Below are positions 38,603-47,634 of a DNA stretch of 64,000 bases, in pieces. The notes under the pieces were generated by a model. The model was not told where the DNA came from and did no database searches. It saw nothing but the letters and a program-made list of their open reading frames with translations. Source of the DNA: Nitrospirota bacterium (GTDB lineage Bacteria; Nitrospirota; UBA9217); NCBI GenBank assembly GCA_963845065.1, contig CAWJQQ010000009.1, positions 704,001 to 768,000 of the forward strand. Reading direction: 5' to 3'. Position 1 is the stretch's first letter. Every line of letters begins with the position of its first letter. Position numbers and translations under genes: made by a program.

Positions 38603-39904
38603 ATGAACACTGCAATAGCCACAACCGAGAACATGACAAAAAACTTGAGACATCCCGCTGGATTGTATATCCTTTTTTTTACGGAAATGTGGGAGAGGTT
38701 TTCCTATTACGGCATGCGATCACTGCTGGTTTATTATATGATCAAGCACCTGCAGTTCACGCAGGAGAGGTCCTCCGAAATTTACGGGCTCTATACCGGG
38801 TTTGTCTTCTTTACCCCCTTCTTCGGTGGCATGCTCGCAGATCGTCTGCTTGGTCAGCACCGCTCGGTGATCCTGGGAGGGGTACTCATGGCTATCGGAC
38901 ATTTCCTGATGGCCTTTAAAAATCTGTTCTTCACGGCGCTAATTTTCCTGATACTCGGGAATGGCGCTTTCAAGCCGAATATCTCAACACAAGTCGGAGC
39001 GCTTTACCCTGCAGGCGACCATCGCCGCGACAGAGCGTTCAGCATTTTCTATATGGGAATTAATCTTGGTGCATTTTTCTCACCTCTGGTCTGTGGAACC
39101 CTCGGTGAGAAAATTGGGTTTCACTGGGGCTTTGGCGCCGCCGGAGTCGGCATGGTGATCGGTCTTCTCGTTTATCTCTGGGGCCAAAAATACCTTGTCC
39201 CGGATCTGATCATGCAGAAAAAGGAAGCCAAACAGCAGAAGTCTTCAGAACGGATGACGCGGGAGGACTGGCTAAAGATAGGTGCAATTTTCGTCATGAT
39301 GGCCCTGAGCATCGTTTTCTGGAGCGTTTACGAACAACAAGGCAACACGATGGCGCTTTGGGCCGACGCCAATACGGACCGTATGATCTTCGGCTGGGAG
39401 ATGCCAGCCTCGTGGTTTCAATCTTTCAATCCACTCATGATCTTCATTTTTGTTCCAGTGCTCAATATTTTCTGGAGCTGGCAGGATCGCCGCGGAAAAG
39501 AATCATCGAGTATCGCAAAGATGGGAATCGGTTGCATCCTGCTTGCCGCAAGCTTCCTCATCCTGATTCCGCCGGCTCGGGAACTGGCAGTTAACCCCAA
39601 GGCGAGCCTTTGGTGGCTGATAGCTTGCACGTTCGTGCTCACGATCGGTGAAGTCTATCTTTCTCCGGTTGGCCTCTCGCTGGTGACTAAAATCGCTCCT
39701 GCCCGGATTGTCTCCATGATGATGGGCGTTTGGTTCCTCTCGAGCTTTTTCGGCAACTATTTGTCGGGATATTTTGGAACATTCTGGGAGAAAATGTCCA
39801 AGGAGAATTTCTTCTTGATGATGTTCGCCCTGTCCTTTTTGGCTGGCCTTGCGTTCTTTGCCCTCCTTAAACCGTTGAAAAAAGCTATCGGATACGAAAA
39901 ATAG
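38603..39904 (+). CDS. Proton-dependent oligopeptide transporter (POT/PTR, MFS)
   Basis: EMWERFSYYG (ExxER), FKPNIS, FYMGINLG and QSFNP motifs; multiple TM helices. Confidence 0.95.
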   Translation: MNTAIATTENMTKNLRHPAGLYILFFTEMWERFSYYGMRSLLVYYMIKHLQFTQERSSEIYGLYTGFVFFTPFFGGMLADRLLGQHRSVILGGVLMAIGHFLMAFKNLFFTALIFLILGNGAFKPNISTQVGALYPAGDHRRDRAFSIFYMGINLGAFFSPLVCGTLGEKIGFHWGFGAAGVGMVIGLLVYLWGQKYLVPDLIMQKKEAKQQKSSERMTREDWLKIGAIFVMMALSIVFWSVYEQQGNTMALWADANTDRMIFGWEMPASWFQSFNPLMIFIFVPVLNIFWSWQDRRGKESSSIAKMGIGCILLAASFLILIPPARELAVNPKASLWWLIACTFVLTIGEVYLSPVGLSLVTKIAPARIVSMMMGVWFLSSFFGNYLSGYFGTFWEKMSKENFFLMMFALSFLAGLAFFALLKPLKKAIGYEK

Positions 39905-39927
39905 GCGCTGCGGACATGTAATTAGTA

Positions 39928-41729
39928 CCTGAATCCTGCACGCTGATGGAGTGAAAAAGATAAAACCATACAGGTTACACTGATATAATGCGGTTATCTC
40001 GCGAACAACCCATGATATCAGGAGGTAACCCATATGGTTAAACGACAAAAGAAGCATAGCGCGAAAAACGGCATGAATCAAGGTCAAAATGAAGGCCATT
40101 CGGAACCCGCTAAAATCAGCCCTAATACGCGCTACGAGTATTGCAGTGAACGGCTTTCACCCTTCGGCGGACTGCTGGCGTTAGAGAAGTTCATGGACGC
40201 GGTAAAGTTCCAGGAGGTTTTCGAGGGATTTTATCAGCCACCAGGCCGCACGCCGGACCAGGGACATTATAAAGCAGTGTATGGGATTCTGGTGTTGCTT
40301 TTCATTGGATTCACGCGGCTGTGGCATTTTCAATACATACAAACGGATCCAATGGTGTGCGCCCTGTTCGGCGTGTCCAAGTTGCCGCACGTGACGACTT
40401 ACTGGCGATACGTTGCGTCCTTGGGCATCAATCAAGGGAAGTCGCTGCTTTTGGTGATGGCGGCGCTACGAGAACGGGTCTGGAAATTGTGCGAGATCAG
40501 CTACAGCGTCATCCATGTTAATCTTGATACGACAGTTGAGACCATCTTTGGCGATCAGGAAGGCGGCCGCAAGGGACACAATACCCGGTACCGGGGAAAA
40601 AAGGGATTTCGTCCTGTCCTGGGTTTCATTGAGGAGACGCGAGAGTATCTTGTCGGAAAGCTTCGCAAGGGCGCGACCATCTCTGGCAAAGAAGTCGCGG
40701 AGGTGATCAAGAGCATCAAGAAATACCTTCCTGCTTGTGTCAAAAAGGTGATTCTTCGAGGTGACGGCGAGTTCATCAGTTGGGATGCGGTTAAAGCTGC
40801 GGAAGACGAAAGGCACATGTACATCTTCGGCAATAAAGGATGCAAGCCGCCCTTTGATTCCAAGATGTGGTACAAGGTGCACAAAATCGATAGCGTAGAA
40901 TACAATGAGTGCTGGTATAAACCGACGGGATGGCCGGGAGAACGCCGTTTCGTCTCAATGCGTATTCCGGGAAAGAAATCAGGCAAGGGAGACACGCAGC
41001 TTGAGCTTTTGGAAGACGGTGGTTTTACGTATCGGCAATTTGTCACCAATCATCCAGGCAAGTCTCATCAGGCTATCAGCGAGTATGACAAGCGGGCAGA
41101 TTGCGAGAACCAGATCGGCGAAGTAAAGCGAGAGGGACTGTCGGCTATTCCCACGCGTCGGTTCATGAACAACTACGCATATTTTCAGATCGTTCTTTTG
41201 GCCTACAACAGTTGGAGATCGTTCAAGATGCTCGCAGAATTCAGCGAGAAGCAGAAACGCACTCAAGATAACGCGGCAGTCACCGCCTTGAGCGGCATTC
41301 AGGACAACACCATCAAAATCGCTCGGTTGAAGCTGCTCATGATCGCGACAAAGCTGGTCATGAGCGGCAATACGACGAAGGCGCGGTACTCCGAACACGA
41401 CAACAGGGTAGCAGGACTCTTTAGCTTCATGGAGCATCTTGATCAGCTACGCAATCAGGTGCGCCCGTGGCTTGATGGCGGTCAGTGGCAATGCCGGCAC
41501 ATGGAGGTTATGAGGCTGCAACCCGCTGAAAATTCTTCATGATGCAATTGTGCAAGAAATTTCTTGCACAATATAGGCTGAGAAGCTTGGAATTGTGCTT
41601 TTCTGCCTTATGCGATGAGGAATGCGGCAGTTAAGATGAAATGAAAGCTGTCGAAGGGTAAGCGGAAGATGCGGGAATCAAAACAAACCCGACGAGTCGG
41701 GGGAACTACGTTTTGATGCAAGATTCAGG
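39928..41729 (+). mobile_element. IS1380-family insertion sequence (type 1)
   Basis: IRs CCTGAATCCTGCA / TGCAAGATTCAGG (one mismatch); 5-bp TSD TAGTA at 39923-39927 and 41730-41734. Confidence 0.92.
40034..41542 (+). CDS. IS1380-family transposase
   Basis: LSPFGGL, NLDTT, LRGDGEF and YDKRADCENQIGEVK motifs; RBS AGGAGG. Confidence 0.92.
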   Translation: MVKRQKKHSAKNGMNQGQNEGHSEPAKISPNTRYEYCSERLSPFGGLLALEKFMDAVKFQEVFEGFYQPPGRTPDQGHYKAVYGILVLLFIGFTRLWHFQYIQTDPMVCALFGVSKLPHVTTYWRYVASLGINQGKSLLLVMAALRERVWKLCEISYSVIHVNLDTTVETIFGDQEGGRKGHNTRYRGKKGFRPVLGFIEETREYLVGKLRKGATISGKEVAEVIKSIKKYLPACVKKVILRGDGEFISWDAVKAAEDERHMYIFGNKGCKPPFDSKMWYKVHKIDSVEYNECWYKPTGWPGERRFVSMRIPGKKSGKGDTQLELLEDGGFTYRQFVTNHPGKSHQAISEYDKRADCENQIGEVKREGLSAIPTRRFMNNYAYFQIVLLAYNSWRSFKMLAEFSEKQKRTQDNAAVTALSGIQDNTIKIARLKLLMIATKLVMSGNTTKARYSEHDNRVAGLFSFMEHLDQLRNQVRPWLDGGQWQCRHMEVMRLQPAENSS

Positions 41730-42401
41730 TAGTATATGCTCCCTGCAGAGATATAAAATATGATTGAGCAAAGAGATTCGTTATGAATGGTAATGCGATG
41801 ACCGACCTGTATTGTTGAACTAAAAAAATACTTAATTGCTCTCGCTTACATCGCATAATTGATTAAATTCAATACTGGAAATTTAGATAATTTGTTGCTT
41901 CACAAATAGGCATATTGTCTTTGTCAATCATTCACATTCTTCCTTCATTTTTATATATTTCAACACGACTATCCGTAAAACTCTGAGCCAGTCAATCATG
42001 CGACTGATTTTGCTTTGTAAAATCAGCCATTTCATAAGGTTACCCTTTCAGTAAACATGCTGTCCGGGAAAACATTAATTCCATATCCCAGAGGCATGTC
42101 TTCAGCTTAGGAGTGAACGCTATATACGCTGTTCAGAGGCCATATTTCAGATACAAAAGTTATGCCGTTAGGGGATGGGAAGGGTAGAAATTACTCATAT
42201 GGCATCGTTTCTTTGAATTATTTCCTCAGACCTGATGATGTTTCAAACTAAATCAACTATTAACTAGACGATAGTGCAGTAGCTTGACAGCCTACGTTTC
42301 AACGCAACAAGTATAAACAGTAACGCAAGAGTAGTCAAGACGTACCTTAAGAAACAGTTAATGAATAACTGCATGGAGTGATACGGTTTTTAATTAATAT
42401 T

Positions 42402-43411
42402 TGACAAGTTTCAGGACATCGGTTACCCTAAACGTCATTTTTTTTACCTCAGGACATCGGTGTCCTAGTTTCCATTTAATGCTAACATGCTCTCCTTATC
42501 CGAGATCGTCAAAAAACAACCAATGTGCCGAAAGGGGTCGAATACTCTTACTTCATCGAAACTCTGTGCAGCAACAACATTCACCAGATGGATCTTGTGG
42601 GGCCGCGCTATATCAAAGGCGACGGCAGATTCTATTCGATGAACGTTATCGATTTGTTCGACCGTGAAGTTTACAAAGAGTTTCAAAGAACAAAGGAGGA
42701 TTCCCACGTCTGCCAAGGGTTTTTACGCTGCTGGAAGACCATGGGCATTTCTGATTATCTCCAAATGGATAATACGCTTAACTTCCGCGGCAGCGATTGT
42801 TACCCCCGATTTCGGAATGGTCATACGGCTTTGCTTGGCCTATGGTGTCCATCCGGTCTTTATCCCGATTGCCGAACCGTGGCGCAACGGCGTCGTTGAG
42901 CATTTTAACAACACCTACGACAAAAAGTTCTACCACAGACAATGGTTTTCAAGCTATACCGTTCTGAAGCGGCAGAGCAAGAATTTCCAGCGGTTTCACA
43001 ACAAGCATCACCGTTACAGCTTCCTTAAGGGAAAAACCCCTTTTGAGATGAGGCAGGCCGCCTACAAGTTTACGCCGGTAACAGTGGGATCGAATACCAA
43101 GATGCTTGACCTCAGCTTCATTCCGGATGGATGTATTTCTGTCATTCGGTTCATTCGAAGTGATCGCAAACTCGACATCTTCGGTGAACGCTTCGAGGAA
43201 TCAAAAGAACTCGTATACTCTTACGTCAGGGCATAAATTGTGACAAAATCCATTTAGTGCAGCTCTACCTCGGGAACGACATTGTCGATACTTTCGAGTA
43301 CCGAATGCCTGAAGACTTACTACCTGAGGACTCAGTTACCAGCCTTGGGTAACCGATGTCTTGATATTTCGGACCATTAGAAACGGGTAACCGATATCCT
43401 GACATTTGACA
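42402..43411 (+). mobile_element. Decayed IS481-like element (integrase-core transposase pseudogene)
   Basis: IRs TGACAAGTTTCAGGACATCGGTTACCC / reverse complement TGTCAAATGTCAGGATATCGGTTACCC, each with a second internal repeat; 6-bp TSD AATATT; split ORFs with HQMD..QMDN..NGVVEHFN; no N-terminal HTH. Confidence 0.85.
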
Positions 43412-43500
43412 AATATTTATTGCCCTTATGTTGGAAACAAAATCCTCCCTCCGCGGCGGCAGCAAGGGCAAATTGCTCCCTCTTCATAATCGGACATCGG

Positions 43501-45456
43501 CTACAGATAGAGATTTACCATGAGCGACGCTTCAGACTGATTGTAGTCGAAAGTCTTTTCTTGGGACAGTGAAAAGGTGATACCGGTATTTGTGGTAATC
43601 TTGAAATTCTGCGCCAGAGACGCCTTCATACTGCGGTGTTCGTCACCTAGTTCATAGGACGTCCACGTGGCAGAGAGGTTGATTTTCCACCGGTCGGTCA
43701 TGTTCTTAAGACAGCCGGCTGAAGTCCCGATACCGGCGGCATAATTATCATGCAGCTTATCGCTCATGATGAGGTCCGTTTCAAGGAAAACGTAAAATAT
43801 CCCAAGAAGCCCTGTCTTGTATGCGAACCCACCTCCGGGGTTCAGGCGGTAGACGAGATGTTCTTGGCCGTCAGACATGATCTCTTGATCGAAGCCCGTA
43901 TTTACTTTCCATGAAACGGGCTTGAAAAATGCATCGCGAGGCGACAGCGAGATGATATCGATGAAACGCAGTCTCTGAAGTACAAAGGCGTCCTCTCTAA
44001 AATAGTACCGGCCACGAACGTCCATGAAATTTATCTGTGCGCCTTCAATATAGCCATCATCCTGGTCGAGAAGATCGTGATAGGCCGGTCGCCAGCTAAG
44101 CTCCGTGAAAAAAGAATCCGTACGATATCCACCCCCGATGCTGAATTTCCCGGGGAGATGTCCTTCATCGGGAGAAACTGGCACTGCATTTACGGCAGTG
44201 TCTGCGTCCTGCGTTCCGAGCGTGCTCCGGGCCTGCAGAGTCGGCAAAAACCTGTGCACGTACTCGTCCTTATCGAGTTGTTTTCGAGAAAATTGATACT
44301 GAAGAAGTTCTGCTGTAAGGTCAAGAATCCTTGCTTTTTCAATTGGATCGATGTCCATCTCCGTGACGGCCCGGGGAGATATTTTTTGGTCGACGACTTC
44401 CTGTGCCAAATTTCGGTGCGCGCTCTGCATTCGCGATGCAATGGCATGAATACGTTTAGTTTGGGACTGACGATATTTGACTGAGCTGACCAGACCTTGT
44501 TCTCTGATGACCCTGACAGTATCGGAAGGGATAACCCAAAATTTAGCTTTCCCCCAGAACGCATCGGTGAGGTGCGCAGTAGGTCGTGCGGCCTCGAGCA
44601 AAAACAGGAGGTCGAATGAACAATTTTCTTTAAAGAAGTAGTAGTCGGAATAGATGTCCTTCAGTTCCCAAATATGCATAACCATCCTGCGTACCTCTTC
44701 TTGCGTGAGGTTGAGATCATACTCCCAGATGTCTCTGTGCTCGATTTCGTTATATTCGCCTACCTTCTGGTAATAGGGCAGGATGGAGTAATAGCCCCGG
44801 TAATAGCCAAAAATTCCTTTATAAGCATAGATGAACCCGTTCCGGTCGGTTGTCACTGCCGCATAATTAACCGCGTAGGAAAGCAGGTCGTTTCGGGCAT
44901 TGCCGTCAATCCTGATGAGCGTATGCCCAAACATGGAAGCGGGACCGTTGCCGTGGGCAGCGGGAAAGACGAGAGCGGCAGATTTAGGGTTGATAAGTGC
45001 GAGTGCTTCCTCGAACTTCGTACACTGAGCGGCCGGGAGCTTCGACTCATCTATGGAGAGCTGCTTCTTGAGCCAGGCATAGCGCGCAGGGAATCTGCAT
45101 CGCGGAGGCTCGACGCCTTCATGCTCCTGCTCGAAAAAACTCTTAAGCGTTGCTTCCATCTCGGCGCGTGGGGCAACCTTTCCGTCAGCAGCAAGGAAAA
45201 ACCTCGGGTCATCAACGAGACTTATTCTGCCGGAACTGTGCGGTTTATAATGGAGAAGGATATTCCAGTAGCGGTCTTCAGAAAGATGTTGCTCTTGTGC
45301 GGTCTTCAGAAGCGAGTCGAGATAGTCGTTGCGTTCGGCGGGAAATGCAGCGGTTGTACATAAAACAGTGTAGAGGGCAAGAGCCATAAAAAAAAGGTAT
45401 ACGAAACGAAACGTCCCGTATACCTTCTCATCAAATAAAATTTGTGGTCGGTACAT
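43501..45456 (-). CDS. DUF4105 (Lnb N-terminal-like) domain protein with probable C-terminal beta-barrel
   Basis: CRFPAR, ASMFGHT, EHRDIWEY, YYFFKENCS and RPAYHDLLD motifs; start overlaps the stop of the upstream gene (TAATG). Confidence 0.85.
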   Translation of the reverse strand: MYRPQILFDEKVYGTFRFVYLFFMALALYTVLCTTAAFPAERNDYLDSLLKTAQEQHLSEDRYWNILLHYKPHSSGRISLVDDPRFFLAADGKVAPRAEMEATLKSFFEQEHEGVEPPRCRFPARYAWLKKQLSIDESKLPAAQCTKFEEALALINPKSAALVFPAAHGNGPASMFGHTLIRIDGNARNDLLSYAVNYAAVTTDRNGFIYAYKGIFGYYRGYYSILPYYQKVGEYNEIEHRDIWEYDLNLTQEEVRRMVMHIWELKDIYSDYYFFKENCSFDLLFLLEAARPTAHLTDAFWGKAKFWVIPSDTVRVIREQGLVSSVKYRQSQTKRIHAIASRMQSAHRNLAQEVVDQKISPRAVTEMDIDPIEKARILDLTAELLQYQFSRKQLDKDEYVHRFLPTLQARSTLGTQDADTAVNAVPVSPDEGHLPGKFSIGGGYRTDSFFTELSWRPAYHDLLDQDDGYIEGAQINFMDVRGRYYFREDAFVLQRLRFIDIISLSPRDAFFKPVSWKVNTGFDQEIMSDGQEHLVYRLNPGGGFAYKTGLLGIFYVFLETDLIMSDKLHDNYAAGIGTSAGCLKNMTDRWKINLSATWTSYELGDEHRSMKASLAQNFKITTNTGITFSLSQEKTFDYNQSEASLMVNLYL

Positions 45457-45944
45457 TAATACGATGACACCGTTACCACATTGTCCACGACCTTGGCGAG
45501 CTGCACGTTTTCGGAGGTGAATATCTTTGCAAAGTTTGTCTGTAGTTTCTGATAAAACTCAGGCCGCTTATCTATCGGAACCTGTAGTAGCTCCGCGAAT
45601 GCCTCAAGCGTATCGCCTCGACCCATGGCGATTTCCTTCGCCAAGTTGTCCATATTAGCGACCATAAATTCATTCAACCGGTCGTTCTTGGCGAACGTAG
45701 CTGGTTGCCGGCATTCTGACGTCCCTGACGTGATGCCGAAGGTCTGGGTGCCGAACGTACCGTTGGTCGTGGCTTGTAAAGACTGTAAAATAGTTGAATT
45801 GTCCGCGTTATTTTGGAAAAGTAACGTGCCAAGACCACAACCCGTATTACGATGTGCCTCACCGCTGGCACTCGCCGCAAAAGCTGTACTCACAACAAAA
45901 AAAAGAAGCAAATACATTGCCAATACTATAGAAGTTATTTTCAT
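45456..45944 (-). CDS. DUF3015 family exported protein
   Basis: Signal peptide; GCGLG..ATTNGT..FGITSGTSEC..AMGRG motif; RBS AGGAGG. Confidence 0.88.
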   Translation of the reverse strand: MKITSIVLAMYLLLFFVVSTAFAASASGEAHRNTGCGLGTLLFQNNADNSTILQSLQATTNGTFGTQTFGITSGTSECRQPATFAKNDRLNEFMVANMDNLAKEIAMGRGDTLEAFAELLQVPIDKRPEFYQKLQTNFAKIFTSENVQLAKVVDNVVTVSSY

Positions 45945-46372
45945 AAAGAACCTCCTCCTAGTTTTTTTAAAAATGTCTTAAGGATCAAGTCCTAACTGAG
46001 TACATGCTTTTGAATCATTTTTATCATATGTCTGGGAGCATACAGGTCAAGACTTTGAGACGAAGACATTCTTGGTCTCGTAATCTATAGGCTCGACGCT
46101 GAATCACCAAAGATGTCATACACGGTTTTCTTTGGTCTTAAGACGGGGGAGAAATACAAATCGGCTAAAGTCCGTCTTTTTTGCATGGTTGAAATGTACC
46201 ATTTTTTCAGCTAGCTTTATAACGATAATATTCGCTACCAGAGCGTGTTATATGATGTTAAGCTACGTTTTTATGTACTCGATAGGGACTTAACCCTATT
46301 TTAAAAATATTTAACCCCATTTTTTAGTATTTGTCAAGTATTGAGGGCAAAAAATTACGACAGACTGACCCG

Positions 46373-47230
46373 TCACGGCGTGCAGAGATGATCATATAGA
46401 TAGCGCACGAATTTTTTTCTTACAACCTTGTCCGCGAAGGCCATGACGTGCCCAGGTGTGGGCGTTTCCCAGAAATCTTTGGGTATGGACGCCGCCTCAT
46501 AGAGCAGGAAGCCGTGGTGTATAGGAACCACCGGGTCATTTACACCGTGAATGATCAAAACCGGCACAGGTGCGACCTTATTGATCCACTTTAGTGGACT
46601 GTAATCATCATTGAAAAGAAGTGACAGTGGATATTGGAAAGGCCAAGTAAGTAAGAATTGCCCAAGTTTTTCGCGAGCAATGAGACGGTAGCTTGAAAAC
46701 GTACTGTCGATGATAAGTGCGGCAATCCGGTCTTTATGCTGAAAATTTGCAACAATATAAATCGCGATTGCCCCACCGATGCTTTGGCCAAGAACAACCA
46801 CCTTACCACCCTTTGTCTGCGGCAGGTTCAGAACGGTTTTGAGAGCCTCTTCCGCATCGACGTGAACACCTTTGAGATTGGGCTTTCCCTCAGACCTCCC
46901 ATAGCCGCGGTAGTCGAAAATAAAGATGTTGAACCCCTCTTTAACCAGCCACAAAACGCTGTTCACATGCGTGCTCAAATTTTCCGCATTGCCGTGAAGG
47001 ATGAGTATCGTTCCTAATGCCTGCGGATTTGCCTCGAATAGCCAGCCGTGCAAGGTTATTCCGTCCGGGGTATTGAAGTAGATATCCTCAGGAGAAAACA
47101 GCCGAGCAAGGGGATTATCCTTCTCCTGTTTCTGAGGATAAAAAAAGAGAGAGCTGCATCCCACGGAGAATAGAAGAAGCAGTAGCGGCGAAAAAGAGAG
47201 AACTCTTCTTGCTGATAGTTTCATCGGCAT
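46373..47230 (-). CDS. Alpha/beta hydrolase lipoprotein
   Basis: Lipobox-like SVGC, HGNAEN, DYRGYG, GQSIGG, HGVNDPVV and GH motifs. Confidence 0.9.
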   Translation of the reverse strand: MPMKLSARRVLSFSPLLLLLFSVGCSSLFFYPQKQEKDNPLARLFSPEDIYFNTPDGITLHGWLFEANPQALGTILILHGNAENLSTHVNSVLWLVKEGFNIFIFDYRGYGRSEGKPNLKGVHVDAEEALKTVLNLPQTKGGKVVVLGQSIGGAIAIYIVANFQHKDRIAALIIDSTFSSYRLIAREKLGQFLLTWPFQYPLSLLFNDDYSPLKWINKVAPVPVLIIHGVNDPVVPIHHGFLLYEAASIPKDFWETPTPGHVMAFADKVVRKKFVRYLYDHLCTP

Positions 47231-47634
47231 TCTCCAATCCAGGGAATATCAGCCATATTTAAGAGACGCATGCTGCCGCGTCCCCTCTACAAATCAGAAC
47301 GAGGGTGTTGAAAGCCTCCTGCAAGAAATCAGGTTATGACGGATCTAAATTCAAGAGCAGGAGGCTTCTCTGAACTGTATTGATGATAGCAGGCTAGAGC
47401 AGTTTCTGCAAATGAAGCAAGAGGTTTTTCGGGTTCAGTGCTTTCATAGCACCGCTAAAGCATATGGGGTTTCACGCGCTGGACTCTTAAAGAATTATAT
47501 CAAGTATCTTGATGTTATTTGAAGGTAGGAAGGAATAAATCCGTTCGGTTCATTAAAGCAAGAATATTCACAATGAGCATTTTGAGAACTCATACCCACA
47601 AAAAGGGAAGTTATTACTTCTCTCGGGAAAGGAA

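Noticed and set aside
38437..38919. 160-aa ORF overlapping the transporter start
   Set aside because: Out-of-frame overlap with the POT transporter, starts inside a repeat remnant, no motifs.
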